From a bacterium (GTDB lineage Bacteria; RBG-13-61-14; DATKZS01), in assembly GCA_963674965.2 (NCBI GenBank), contig CAXXFL010000007.1, positions 512,001 to 576,000 on the forward strand: a DNA stretch of 64,000 nt, in the 5' to 3' direction. How positions within the stretch are numbered: position 1 is the stretch's first letter; the number at the start of each line of letters is the position of its first letter. Below, in pieces: positions 19,364 to 29,328 of the stretch. The notes under the pieces were generated by a model. That model saw only the letters and a program-made list of their open reading frames with translations. It was not told the DNA's origin and did not search any database. A program made the translations under genes and the position numbers.

Positions 19364-20212
19364 TTACGCGAATGACTCCATGAATTTTTTCAGCGCCTCG
19401 AGGTCAACGGGCTTGTTCACGAGCGGTCCCTTTTTCAGCGCGGGGAAATGGTCGGCGAAGGTCGGTTTCTCCCGCTTAAAGATAACCCCTATTGGTATCT
19501 CGTCGCCCCATTGGCGGGCGAGGCGCATGGCTTTTTCCCAGTCCGCCGGGTCGTGGTCCTTGATCTCGACGCACCTTTCCTGGTAGAAGCGCCAGGTATT
19601 TATCCGGTTGAAGGTCACGCAGGGCTGGAGCACGTCGAGGAGGGCGAAGCCGCGGTGGGTCACGGCCCGTACCATGAGGTCGGCCAGGCTTTCCTGGTTT
19701 CCCGCGAAGCCCCTGGCCACGAAGGACGCCTCCATGGCCACGGCGACGGCCAGGGGGTTGAAGGGGCTCGAGGTGGCTCCCAGCGGCTGGGCCTTGGTCA
19801 CGAATCCCTCGGGCGAGGTGGGACTGGCCTGTCCCTTGGTCAGGCCGTAGACCTGGTTGTCGTGGACGATGAGCGTTATATCCGGGTTGCGCCGGATGGC
19901 GGCAAGGAAATGGTTCCCCCCCTCCCCGTAACTGCACCCGTCTCCGCTCTCGGCTATCACGGTAAGGGCCGGGTTGGCGGCCTTGGCCGCCGCGGCCGCG
20001 GGAAGAGACCGCCCGTGCAGCCCGTTAAAGAAGTTGCAGTCAAGGTAATGGGGCGTCTTGGCGGCCTGCCCGATGCCGGAGACCAAAAGCACGTCCCTCG
20101 CCGCCAGGTCCATGCGAGCCAGGGCGCTCTTAAGCGCGGCGAGGATGGAGTGGTTCCCGCAACCGGGACACCAGGCGGTCTCGTATTGGCCGTAATCTCG
20201 AGTCTCAGGCAT
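19364..20212 (-). CDS. korB: 2-oxoacid:ferredoxin oxidoreductase beta subunit
   Basis: WCPGCG, GDG..GEGGNH TPP motif, [11 protein letters not shown]. Confidence 0.92.
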   Translation of the reverse strand: MPETRDYGQYETAWCPGCGNHSILAALKSALARMDLAARDVLLVSGIGQAAKTPHYLDCNFFNGLHGRSLPAAAAAKAANPALTVIAESGDGCSYGEGGNHFLAAIRRNPDITLIVHDNQVYGLTKGQASPTSPEGFVTKAQPLGATSSPFNPLAVAVAMEASFVARGFAGNQESLADLMVRAVTHRGFALLDVLQPCVTFNRINTWRFYQERCVEIKDHDPADWEKAMRLARQWGDEIPIGVIFKREKPTFADHFPALKKGPLVNKPVDLEALKKFMESFA

Positions 20213-20220
20213 AAGTCCCC

Positions 20221-21900
20221 CTAACCCAGTTCCCGAAGAACGTACTCGGGAGTGATCGGATAACCGTCGTACCTTAAGATAAAGTCCTTGATTTCGACGC
20301 CCGTCTCCCTCCTTAGAAGCCGAGCGAACTGGGCCGTCGCGTTTCCCTCGAGGGCCACTATTCTCCGGGCCTTGCCCATGGCCGAGATTATTTCATCCTT
20401 TCGCAAGGGCCATACTTGCGAGAAGTGCATAACGGCCGCGCTCACGCCCTTATCTCGCGCCATGCTTGCCGCCTCGATCGCGCTTCCCAGGGTTGATCCC
20501 CAGCAGACGAGGAGAAGGTCCGCGTCCGGCGGGCCATGGTAGTCGGGGCCTATGGCCTCTCCCAGCATGCCCTCGCCCTTCTTAAGGCGTTTATCCGCCA
20601 TTTGTCTCCTGACTTCCGGGTCCTCGCTGATGTGTCCGAACTCGTCGTGCTCGTCGCTGTCCGCGCCGACCAGGGCGTCGCTCATTCCGGGAAGCAGGCG
20701 GGGCGAGGCGCCCGACTCGGTGAGGGCGTAGCTTTTATAAGGAGAGGAGTCCGCCCGGTTCCCCATGCCAACGCTGATGGGAGGACAACGGTCCAGGTCG
20801 AAGGGCAAGACGGCGCGGAAGGAATCGGCCAGGAACTGGTCGGTCAGAATTATAACGGGTCCTCTGAATTTTTCGGCCGTCTGGAAGGCGGCGCGGGTGA
20901 GATGGAAACACTGCTCGACCGTGCCCGGCGCGTACACGGCGCGGGGGAACTCCCCGTGTCCGGCGTGAAGCGCGAACTCGAGGTCGGCCTGCTCGGTACT
21001 GGCGGGCAGTCCGGTGGCGGGTCCCGGCCGCTGGGAGATGGCGATCACCGCCGGTATCTCGGCCATGGCCGCCAGGCTTACTCCCTCCGTCATGAGGGCG
21101 AAGCCTCCGCCCGAGGTCCCGACCATGGCGGGCGCTCCCGTAAAGGACGCTCCCAGGGCCATATTAATGGCGGCTATCTCGTCCTCGGCCTGCTCGACGA
21201 CGACGTCCATGGTCTTCATGGCCGAGGCCAGGGTCAGCCCGATCGAGGTGGCCGGGGTCATGGGATAAAAGGAGTAGAACTTAAGCCCGGAGCTCAAGGC
21301 CCCCAGGGCGATGGCCTGGTTTCCGTTTAAAAGGAGTCGTTTTTCTTTCACCTCGGGGGCGGGAAGCTTTTTTCCCTCGAGGCCCGCGGCCGAGGCGGCC
21401 CATTTAAAGGCTTTGCCGATGGCCTCGGCGTTGCCGTCGGCGGCCTCGGGAGCCTTGGCAAAGCGGTCCCTCGCCGCCCGGGTCAGGATTTCCCGGCCGA
21501 GTCCGATAGCCGCGGCGAGGACCGCGAGGGCGGCAACGTTGCGGTATCTTGCCTCGGCCAGTTCCTGGAGGGGGATTTTGACGATCCGGTCCGACTCGGC
21601 GTTTGTTTTTTCGTCGACCAGGATGAGGCCGTTGTCTTTGAGGGCGGGGCCGTCAATAGCCGCGGTCTCTTCGTTCATGGCGAGTATGAGGTCGAACTTC
21701 TCGCGGGGGGCCAGTATCCGTCCCGTTCCGGTCCTTACGTCGTAAGTGTTGTGGCCTCCCCTTATCCGGGACTGGTAGTCCCGGGTCACGACCACTTCGC
21801 TGCCTTGCCTCACGAGCGCCCTGGCAAGGATTTCTCCCATGGCGTCGAGACCCTGGCCGGCCTCGCCGCCGACGCGCAGGTTGATACTCTTGTCCGTCAT
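20221..21900 (-). CDS. korA: 2-oxoacid:ferredoxin oxidoreductase alpha subunit
   Basis: GGEAGQG, SRIRGGHN, YPMTPAT and EQAEDEIAA motifs. Confidence 0.92.
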   Translation of the reverse strand: MTDKSINLRVGGEAGQGLDAMGEILARALVRQGSEVVVTRDYQSRIRGGHNTYDVRTGTGRILAPREKFDLILAMNEETAAIDGPALKDNGLILVDEKTNAESDRIVKIPLQELAEARYRNVAALAVLAAAIGLGREILTRAARDRFAKAPEAADGNAEAIGKAFKWAASAAGLEGKKLPAPEVKEKRLLLNGNQAIALGALSSGLKFYSFYPMTPATSIGLTLASAMKTMDVVVEQAEDEIAAINMALGASFTGAPAMVGTSGGGFALMTEGVSLAAMAEIPAVIAISQRPGPATGLPASTEQADLEFALHAGHGEFPRAVYAPGTVEQCFHLTRAAFQTAEKFRGPVIILTDQFLADSFRAVLPFDLDRCPPISVGMGNRADSSPYKSYALTESGASPRLLPGMSDALVGADSDEHDEFGHISEDPEVRRQMADKRLKKGEGMLGEAIGPDYHGPPDADLLLVCWGSTLGSAIEAASMARDKGVSAAVMHFSQVWPLRKDEIISAMGKARRIVALEGNATAQFARLLRRETGVEIKDFILRYDGYPITPEYVLRELG

Positions 21901-21918
21901 GACGCTCCTCTAAAATCG

Positions 21919-22449
21919 TTACGCCCCGTCCAGCCTTCCTCCCTCTTTCTCCCTGAACCATCCGTCGGGGTCGGTCAGGTAGAACTTGACGTCGTTAAGG
22001 GCCGCGTGATGGGATTTTTCCTCGGCGATCATTTTTTTGAGAAAGGCCTTCTCGATCTCATCGATGGCCTTATCGAGATGTTCCTTGTAAAATTTTATGG
22101 ACGCCATCTCGAACTCGATGCCCATGTCCAGGGCCTCGACGTCCTCGGTCCGGCAGGAGACCTCTTTTCCCTTCTCGATGGCCATGGCGTGGAAGGCCTG
22201 GCCCAGGTCGGGCCCGGCCGTTTTTTCCTCCCAGTCCGAGCACCAGGTCTCGCCGCTCGAGAGTTCGTCGAAAATCTGGTTAATACGCTCGATATGGATC
22301 GTCTCGTCCTTGGCCAGCATTTCGAAAACCTGTTTCACCTGCGGGCTCGAGCAGGACTTGGCGGACTTCTCGTAAAAGTCCCTTCCCTTCTCCTCCATCT
22401 CGAGCGCGGTGGACAGCATGTCACACGCTCTTTCGCTTTCAACGGTCAT
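21919..22449 (-). CDS. Ferritin-like (rubrerythrin-domain) protein
   Basis: EEKGRDFY/DETIH and E..SIKFY/EEKSH motifs. Confidence 0.85.
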   Translation of the reverse strand: MTVESERACDMLSTALEMEEKGRDFYEKSAKSCSSPQVKQVFEMLAKDETIHIERINQIFDELSSGETWCSDWEEKTAGPDLGQAFHAMAIEKGKEVSCRTEDVEALDMGIEFEMASIKFYKEHLDKAIDEIEKAFLKKMIAEEKSHHAALNDVKFYLTDPDGWFREKEGGRLDGA

Positions 22450-22475
22450 GTCGCCTTCCTTCCTTTGTTAAATTT

Positions 22476-23264
22476 TCAGTCTTCATGGTCGTGGTCATGA
22501 TCGTGGTCATGGTCATGGTCGTGGTCGTGATCATGAGCCGGTACCATGTTCTCGAGGAATTCCTTGGGCACGTCCTTGCCGATGGTCATGAGGATGGCGT
22601 AGGCCAGGTCCAACTCGTCCACCGGTCCCACCAGCGCCATCTGCTCGTTGATTACCGTGTGCGGCACTCCGTGCACGTCGTATTTCTGCACGATAAAGGG
22701 GAATTCCTGGCTCTCGATCATGTCCGCCTGGATGTAATCGTTGGCCATGGCGAAACGATGGGCGGTCCTTACCGCCTTGGGGCAGAGAGGGCAAGTGGGG
22801 GCTATCACCACCTCGATATCCACCGGCTGGTCGATCTTGTCCAGTTCCGCCATAACTTCCTCGCTTAGCCCGTGATGGCCGGTACCCACCATGACCACGT
22901 CCTCGATCAGGGAGGTGAACTCGTATCCGGCGGGCACGCCGAAATAACGGACGCCGTAATCCTCGTTCTCCCCGAGGATGATGGTGGCGGGTATCTTGTC
23001 CACGCCGAACTCGATGGCCGCGTCGGAAAGCTCGGGCTCGTCCGCCACCTTGAGCTTGTCGTCCTCGGCCCGGGGAGCCAGGAAGTCCTTGACCTCGAGG
23101 TCGATATTGTCGGACAGGGCCGCAACCTCCTCGAGCATTTCCCTCGTCACCTTGCAGTGCTGGCATTCCATTTCCTGGGTGAACATGAGAATCTTCACCC
23201 GCTTGGAAAGGGAGCCGAATAGCTGTTTTAGCTGTTCCTTTTGCTTGTCTTTCAGGACCGTCAT
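22476..23264 (-). CDS. Protein disulfide oxidoreductase (AhpF N-terminal-like) with His-Asp tail
   Basis: CQHC and CPLC motifs, GVPAGYEFTSL, C-terminal (HD)8H. Confidence 0.88.
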   Translation of the reverse strand: MTVLKDKQKEQLKQLFGSLSKRVKILMFTQEMECQHCKVTREMLEEVAALSDNIDLEVKDFLAPRAEDDKLKVADEPELSDAAIEFGVDKIPATIILGENEDYGVRYFGVPAGYEFTSLIEDVVMVGTGHHGLSEEVMAELDKIDQPVDIEVVIAPTCPLCPKAVRTAHRFAMANDYIQADMIESQEFPFIVQKYDVHGVPHTVINEQMALVGPVDELDLAYAILMTIGKDVPKEFLENMVPAHDHDHDHDHDHDHDHDHED

Positions 23265-23273
23265 TTTTTCACC

Positions 23274-24263
23274 TCAAATCCAGTTTTTTTGCATCAGATA
23301 CTCGTAAGCTGAGAGGGCGGCCTTGGCCCCCTCCCCGGCGGATATGACAATCTGCTTGTAGGGAACGGTGGTCACGTCGCCCGCGGCGAAAAGTCCCTCG
23401 ACGCTGGTCCGGCAGGCGCAGTCAACGATGACCTCGCCGGCGGCGTTCAGGGCCGCCAGGTCCGCCGCCAACTCGGAGTTGGATAAAAGCCCTATCTCCA
23501 CGAAGACGCCGTCCGCGGCCATGACCTTTTCCTCGCCGCTCAGGCGGTCATGGACCTTCACTCCCGTGACCCTTTGCTTGCCCTCGATGGCGAGGACCTC
23601 GTGGTTTTCCAGCAGCCGGGCCTTGCCCAGGGACTTGACCTTTTCCACCAGGGCCTCGTCCGCCTGCCACCCTTCCCCGTAGTTGACGAGGAATACCTCG
23701 GCGTTGACCTTTAAAAGATCGAGCGCCGTGGTAAAGGCCGAGTTGCCGCCGCCCGCCACCAGGGCCTTCTTGTCCCGGAACAGGGGAGCGTCGCAGGTGG
23801 CGCAATAGGCCACGCCCTTGCCCGAGAGCTCTTTTTCGCCGGGCACGTTCAGGTGGCGGTGCCGCTTGCCGGTGCTGAGTATGATCGTCCGGGCCTGGTA
23901 AATCTTATTATCGTCGGTCCGGACCACGAACCGGCCGCCGTCTTTCTCGACCTTTTTCGCCGCCGGTCCCAGGCCGATGGGGATATCGAAGCTCTTGGCG
24001 TGTTCCTCGAAGCGCGAGACCAGGTCCTTGGCGTTAACGCTCTGGTACCCGAGCCAGTTCTCGACTTCCGAGGTCTCGAGCATCTGGCCGCCGAAGTCCT
24101 TGGTCAGGATGGCCAGCTCGAGGGTCTTTCTGGCCGCGTACACGGCGGCGCTCATCGAGGCCGGGCCGCCGCCCAGTATGATGAGGTCGTAGAGTTTTTC
24201 CGGCTCAGGCTTCCTGGCCGATTTAAAGGCGGCCATGTCCAGTTCGAACCCGGGAAATTCCAT
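23274..24263 (-). CDS. trxB: Thioredoxin-disulfide reductase (AhpF C-terminal-like)
   Basis: GGGPA, GVAYCATCD, GGGNSA and FAAGD motifs; start set at MEFPG. Confidence 0.9.
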   Translation of the reverse strand: MEFPGFELDMAAFKSARKPEPEKLYDLIILGGGPASMSAAVYAARKTLELAILTKDFGGQMLETSEVENWLGYQSVNAKDLVSRFEEHAKSFDIPIGLGPAAKKVEKDGGRFVVRTDDNKIYQARTIILSTGKRHRHLNVPGEKELSGKGVAYCATCDAPLFRDKKALVAGGGNSAFTTALDLLKVNAEVFLVNYGEGWQADEALVEKVKSLGKARLLENHEVLAIEGKQRVTGVKVHDRLSGEEKVMAADGVFVEIGLLSNSELAADLAALNAAGEVIVDCACRTSVEGLFAAGDVTTVPYKQIVISAGEGAKAALSAYEYLMQKNWI

Positions 24264-24285
24264 GCGCGATCGACTCCTTACCGGA

Positions 24286-24633
24286 TCAGAAGGTGTAAAC
24301 GGAGTAGCCTTCTTCCTCGAAGGCGGCGATGGAGGGATGGCCGGACATCTCGTCGCGAAACTCGACGCCCTGGGCCTCGAGTCCCTCCAGTGCCCCCGTC
24401 TTGACCGAGCAGGCCTTGCAGGCGCAGCATATAAGGCCCGCGTCCCTGACCTTCTTATAGATGGGAGCAAAGGGTTTGGTCTCGTCCTCCCCCAGCTCCT
24501 TGGCCAATTTCGTGGCCAGGCCCTCCAGGACCACCACGGCCTCGTGGCCCCTCTCCTTCATGTCCAGGGCGTTCAGAAGAACGTGGACGAAACACATGGG
24601 CTCGCCGTTGAAGGCGAACAAAGCGGCTTTCAT
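24286..24633 (-). CDS. DsrE-like protein
   Basis: FNGEPMCFVHVLLNALD, CKACS, MSGHPS. Confidence 0.75.
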   Translation of the reverse strand: MKAALFAFNGEPMCFVHVLLNALDMKERGHEAVVVLEGLATKLAKELGEDETKPFAPIYKKVRDAGLICCACKACSVKTGALEGLEAQGVEFRDEMSGHPSIAAFEEEGYSVYTF

Positions 24634-24675
24634 GACTTCCCCCTTCACGCGGACGGACGCGGCCGTTTTACAGGA

Positions 24676-25209
24676 TCAGGCCTTGGTGGCGTTAATCACT
24701 ATCTTGAGGTCGATGGGAAGGTTCATCACCCTGGCGCCCATCTCCCGGTCGAGCATGAACATGCCGCCCTTGTTGTCCACCAGCTTGAGGTTCTGGACCG
24801 CCGTATTGGCCGAGTCCTCCTCCTCCACCTGCTCCTTAACGAACCACTGGAGGAAGTTGTTGGTCGCGTGGTCCTTTTCCTGGATGGCCAGGTTGACGAG
24901 GTCGTTGATAAGTCCCGTCACCTTGGCCTCGTGGGCGGCGACCGCCTCGAACGCGGCCAGGGGTGAGTCCCACTGGGTGGGCGGCTGGCCTATGGCCCCG
25001 AGCTTGACGCGGCCTCCCCTCTCCTCGACGAAGTTGTAAAACTTCATGGCGTGGTACATCTCCTCGAGGGCCTGGATTTTCATCCAGTTCTCGAACCCGG
25101 CCAGGCCCAGGCTCGCCAGGTAGGCCCCCATGGAAAGATATAAGTAGGACGAGTACATCTCGGCGTTGATCTGATCGTTCAGCGCCTTTTCCATTTTTTC
25201 ACCGATCAT
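24676..25209 (-). CDS. ftnA: Non-heme ferritin
   Basis: [21 protein letters not shown] and [13 protein letters not shown] motifs. Confidence 0.95.
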   Translation of the reverse strand: MIGEKMEKALNDQINAEMYSSYLYLSMGAYLASLGLAGFENWMKIQALEEMYHAMKFYNFVEERGGRVKLGAIGQPPTQWDSPLAAFEAVAAHEAKVTGLINDLVNLAIQEKDHATNNFLQWFVKEQVEEEDSANTAVQNLKLVDNKGGMFMLDREMGARVMNLPIDLKIVINATKA

Positions 25210-25286
25210 GGCTTTCTCCGTTCCGGGCGCCGGCCTCGCCGCCCCGACTATTATCGGGGCGGCCGGCGGCTGTTAGCTGAATTGCT

Positions 25287-25664
25287 TTACGAGCTTTTCC
25301 ACAATCCGTGGAGGTTGCAGTACTCGAGGGCCGTGACCTTCGAGGCCTTGGTCACGAACTCGAACTCGGGCTTTTGTCCCGGCTCGAGGAAGGCGCTCAT
25401 GCACACTCCGTCGGCCATGAGCTGAATCCACTCGATGTAATGTTTTTCCTCCATGGGGTGGGGAACGTCACCCACCTTGACCTTGAATCCGTCGGCCGTT
25501 TTCTCGAGCACGGGCACGTGCTTTTCCACCGCCGCGTCCACGGTGTTGGCCTTCTTAAGCTCCATGGGCTGGCCGCAGCACACCAACTCGCCGCCTCCGG
25601 CGTGGACCACGATTACCATATTGCCGCACACGTTGCACTTGTAAACCTGCATTCTCTCGGTCAT
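25287..25664 (-). CDS. dfx: Desulfoferrodoxin (superoxide reductase)
   Basis: CNVCGN..CCG, EKHVP, HPM..HYIEWI and YCNLHGLW motifs. Confidence 0.97.
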   Translation of the reverse strand: MTERMQVYKCNVCGNMVIVVHAGGGELVCCGQPMELKKANTVDAAVEKHVPVLEKTADGFKVKVGDVPHPMEEKHYIEWIQLMADGVCMSAFLEPGQKPEFEFVTKASKVTALEYCNLHGLWKSS

Positions 25665-25740
25665 GATTTTTCCTCCTAGCGTTAAGGGTTGCGGTCACGA
25701 GCGCCCGCCCGGCCCTCATGGGCCTCGCCGGGCGCGAAAA

Positions 25741-26238
25741 CTAGTCGAATTGAAAAAAGGCTTCCTTTTTGGCGCCGCAGACGGGGCAGGCGTCGGGGGC
25801 GTTCCCGTCCTCGATGTAGCCGCAAACTTTACAGATGAAGTAGGTGGTCTCCCTTTCCTCCATCAGATGGTTCATGGCCTCCTTATATATCTTGGCGTGG
25901 AAGTCCTCCACGTCCCTGGACTGGCTGAAAATATTGGCCGACAACTCGTCGCCCGCCTCGTTGGCCAGCTTGATGAAGTTGTCATAGGCCACCTCGGCCA
26001 CTTTCTTCTCGCTCTCGAAGCTTTCCTGGAGGTTTTCCTCGGTGCTCTTTATCTCGCGAAGGGCCCGAAGGCCACGCTCCCCATGTATCTCCTCCGAGCG
26101 GGAAATGGCGCGGAAAAGCTTGGCCATCTGAGGATAACCGTCATCCTCGGCCCGCCTGGCGAAAAGCTTCAGACGGAGCGCCGCCTTGGCCTCGCCCACG
26201 TAAGCCTGATAAAAAGCGTCCTTTACCTTGTCGTCCAT
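25741..26238 (-). CDS. Rubrerythrin-family protein
   Basis: AYVGEA, EEIH and a C-terminal CKVCGY..CPVCG rubredoxin-like domain. Confidence 0.9.
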   Translation of the reverse strand: MDDKVKDAFYQAYVGEAKAALRLKLFARRAEDDGYPQMAKLFRAISRSEEIHGERGLRALREIKSTEENLQESFESEKKVAEVAYDNFIKLANEAGDELSANIFSQSRDVEDFHAKIYKEAMNHLMEERETTYFICKVCGYIEDGNAPDACPVCGAKKEAFFQFD

Positions 26239-26365
26239 GTCAGATGATCTCCAGTCGAAGTTCTATTTCCCCTTGCCCGGCGGCCGCCGGAGCGGCGCGA
26301 TCCTTAGCCGACCACGCCTATATTCATACTTGCCGGCGGCCGTTTTTGCAAGGGAAAAATTTGGG

Positions 26366-26941
26366 CTACCAGTTCTCTCCCAGTATCTCGAAATGGGCCT
26401 GGGGATGCTTGCAGGCCGGGCACTCGTTGGGGGCCTCGGTCCCCTCGTGCAGGTAACCGCAGTTGCGGCAACGCCAGGTAACGGGCTTGTCCCGCTTGAA
26501 TACGCGGCCGTTCTCGATGTTGGCGGCCAGGTCCTTGTAGCGCTTCATGTGCTGTTTCTCGGCCACGGAGACCTTCTCGAAGCAGGTGGCGATCTCGTCG
26601 AACCCCTCCTCGCGGGCCACCTTGGCGAACTCGGGATACATGACCGTCCACTCGTGCTCCTCGCCGGCGGCCGCCGCCTTGAGGTTGGCCAGGGTGTCGC
26701 CGACCACGCCGGCCGGGAAAGCCGCGTTGACCTCCACGTCTCCCCCCTCGAGGAACTTGAAAAAGCGCTTGGCGTGTTCTTTTTCCTGGTCGGCCGTCTC
26801 CGCGAAAATGTCCGATATCTGCACGTAGCCGTCCTTTCTGGCCTTCGAGGCGAAATAGGTGTAACGGTTCCTGGCCTGGGACTCGCCCGCGAAAGCGGTG
26901 ATCAGGTTCTTCTCGGTTTTGCTTCCTTTCAATTGCGGCAT
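26366..26941 (-). CDS. rbr: Rubrerythrin
   Basis: AFAGESQARNRY, EKEHA and WRCRNCGY..CPAC.HP motifs. Confidence 0.97.
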   Translation of the reverse strand: MPQLKGSKTEKNLITAFAGESQARNRYTYFASKARKDGYVQISDIFAETADQEKEHAKRFFKFLEGGDVEVNAAFPAGVVGDTLANLKAAAAGEEHEWTVMYPEFAKVAREEGFDEIATCFEKVSVAEKQHMKRYKDLAANIENGRVFKRDKPVTWRCRNCGYLHEGTEAPNECPACKHPQAHFEILGENW

Positions 26942-27042
26942 TTTTTTTCCTCCCTTTTCAAATTATGATTTTTTCTCGCCTTATGGGCGAGCGATTACTT
27001 TCTATTCATTTTCGCGGGGAATTGCCCGCGACCCCTTGCCTA

Positions 27043-27438
27043 TCATTTGCCTTGACATTCCGGGCAGATACCGGAAAACTCAAGCTGGTGATCGATGATT
27101 TTATAGCCGCTCGTCTCCCCGGCGGTCCTTTCCACCGCTTCCATGGGATCGAGTTTCAAGTCCTCCACTTTTCCGCATCTCGTACATTTTACGTGGTAAT
27201 GCCGCGAAAGACGGCCGTCGTAGCGGCGCTTGCTCTCGGGAAGCTCGAGTCGCCTTATAACGCCGTTCTCGGATAGCGTTTCGAGATTTCTGTATACGGT
27301 ACCGAGACTTATATTGGGCAGCCTCTTTCTTACCGACTCGTAGACCTCATAAGCCGTGGGATGATTACGCGAGGTCCTGACGTCCTCGAGGATGATTTTT
27401 CGTTGCCGGGTCATTCTTATTTTTTCTGGTTCTGACAT
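27043..27438 (-). CDS. perR: Fur-family repressor, probably PerR
   Basis: TRQR, HPTA, SLGTVYRNL, HYH.KC..C and CPEC motifs; first gene of the oxidative stress cluster. Confidence 0.85.
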   Translation of the reverse strand: MSEPEKIRMTRQRKIILEDVRTSRNHPTAYEVYESVRKRLPNISLGTVYRNLETLSENGVIRRLELPESKRRYDGRLSRHYHVKCTRCGKVEDLKLDPMEAVERTAGETSGYKIIDHQLEFSGICPECQGK

Positions 27439-27447
27439 AATTTAATT

Positions 27448-27496
27448 TTCAGTAATAATTACTATTATTAATTAATTACTATTTCCCGGTTGTCAA
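27448..27496 (-). promoter_or_regulatory. Sigma70-type promoter with overlapping PerR/Fur-like box
   Basis: TTGACA (minus strand, 27491-27496); palindrome AGTAAT-A-ATTACT (27451-27463); second AATAGTAAT half-site near 27475-27483. Confidence 0.65.
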
Positions 27497-27814
27497 GACA
27501 TATTAGGTTATTTTTTTGTCAGCAATGACGCGTCTAATCAAATTTATCCTTTATATCAGCTATTTAAACTTTATTATCCCCTGGCGGACAAGTCCTTTTT
27601 CAATTAGCGGAGAAAAGATTACCATTTTTGCTTAGCATAGATTTTTCGCTAAAAGCCATGATCACGATATCTTTAGAGCCGATCCGCGGCGCAAAGTTAC
27701 GACTTTCGAAAAAATTCTTTTTTTTCGTTCCTCTCATTTTTTCAGAGAACTTGACACCGGCCAAATGATGTCTCTTAATAATATGAACCTAAAAAACTCG
27801 ATAAGGGGGAAGTA

Positions 27815-28645
27815 ATGACGAAGAAGCTGTATAACTTGATTGTTTTATGTTCGTTCTCGCTCGTCCTCGCCCTGGGCGGATGCACGGCCAACATGTCGGA
27901 CAAGGGTGAGGATCACGGCTCGGACGGACAGTCACGCGCGGCGACCGATACGGCGCATGGGTCTCCCCGCGGCGCGGCGGCGGCCACTCACGAAGAAAGC
28001 CCCGCGACGCCCGCCGCGACGCCGGGACATGAGAAACCCGCGAGCGAGCCGGCCGCAGAGAAACCGGGCGAGGCCAAACCAGCCGAGGCGGCGGCTATGA
28101 AAACCTACACCAAGGAGGAGAAACAGGCGATGATGAAGGAATGGGACGAAAAGGTAAAGGCCATGTCGGTGGAGGACATGGAGAAGGTCACGGCGGTCAT
28201 CGAGACCAATCAGGGGACCATCAAGATCGAGTTTTTCCCCGACAAGGCCCCGGGCCACGTCAGGAACTTCATCAAGCTGGCCCAGTCCCATTTTTACGAC
28301 GGTCTTATCTTCCACCGCGTGATAAAGGGTTTCATGATCCAGGGCGGATGCCCCGACGGCACGGGCACGGGCGGCCCGGGCTATAACATCGACGCCGAGT
28401 TCAACGACGTGAAGCACGTGGAGGGCGTGCTTTCCATGGCCCGCTCGAGCAACCCCAACTCGGCCGGCAGCCAGTTCTTCATCTGCCTGGGGTCCCATCC
28501 CCATCTCGATCACAACTACACGGCCTTCGGCAAGGTCATCGAGGGCATGGACGTGGTAAGGAAGATCGGCACAACCCCCACCGGCCGAGGCGACCGCCCC
28601 GTCGAGGAGCAGGTGATGGAAAAGGTTTACATCGAGGGACTCTGA
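27815..28645 (+). CDS. Cyclophilin-type peptidyl-prolyl isomerase, putative lipoprotein
   Basis: Lipobox-like LGGC; FHRVIKGFMIQGG, SMARS and SAGSQFFI motifs. Confidence 0.93.
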   Translation: MTKKLYNLIVLCSFSLVLALGGCTANMSDKGEDHGSDGQSRAATDTAHGSPRGAAAATHEESPATPAATPGHEKPASEPAAEKPGEAKPAEAAAMKTYTKEEKQAMMKEWDEKVKAMSVEDMEKVTAVIETNQGTIKIEFFPDKAPGHVRNFIKLAQSHFYDGLIFHRVIKGFMIQGGCPDGTGTGGPGYNIDAEFNDVKHVEGVLSMARSSNPNSAGSQFFICLGSHPHLDHNYTAFGKVIEGMDVVRKIGTTPTGRGDRPVEEQVMEKVYIEGL

Positions 28646-28671
28646 GTCCGAACCGAACTCGAAGGACAATT

Positions 28672-28710
28672 ATCCCCCGGGTCGGTGTGACGGCCCGGGG
28701 GATTTTTTTT
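28672..28710 (+). terminator. GC-rich palindrome with T-tract; left boundary of the AT-rich island
   Basis: ATCCCCCGGGTC-N8-GGCCCGGGGGAT followed by a T-run. Confidence 0.8.
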
Positions 28711-28731
28711 TGGGGAAGTGATAATAACATC

Positions 28732-28760
28732 TTTACATCGTATACAATTTGGTGTATAGT
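28732..28760 (+). promoter_or_regulatory. Near-consensus sigma70 promoter with internal palindrome
   Basis: TTTACA-17 bp-TATAGT; TATACA-N6-TGTATA at 28741-28758. Confidence 0.65.
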
Positions 28761-29328
28761 TATTTAAGATATGACGATGAAAGATGACTATTGGACTGAG
28801 GAACGTTTACAGCTTAAAGCCTGGTTTGAAAGGAACGCTCCTTCCCTGGGGGAATTGTACGAAGGGTCCCTAAGGATGATGTTTGATACAACTTTTCCAG
28901 GAAGATCGACGCTAATTTCTCACGCCGTTCGTGAAATAAGGAACAGATTGCCCGATGTAGTTTCTGGTGAAAGAGGTAAGCCGACTTTTCAATATAAGAA
29001 TCGACTTAATAAATTATTAAAACAATGGAGAATGAATGGATTCCTATTAGATGACTCATTGCCGGAAAGCTTCACCTCACAAGGCTCCAACCTAACAAAT
29101 AATATTCCAATTCCAAGATGTCTTTTTATAGAAATTTCTACTATGCTAAAAGATTATGATGACATCAAGGGGTCAAAAAAGGAAGCAGCGATGCGCCTTT
29201 ATAGGTCGCTTTCACCAGACGAAGTCAATAGTCGTAAATTTCTTGATCAAGTTGTTAATATGTGGTTGAATATAACCAGTAGGTTTGAAGGCAAAGCGCA
29301 TGACTCACTGACCCCCGATAATAAAGTT

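Noticed and set aside
8465-27438. Selenocysteine in redox genes
   Set aside because: No in-frame TGA at catalytic positions; all motifs have Cys and the proteins look full length.
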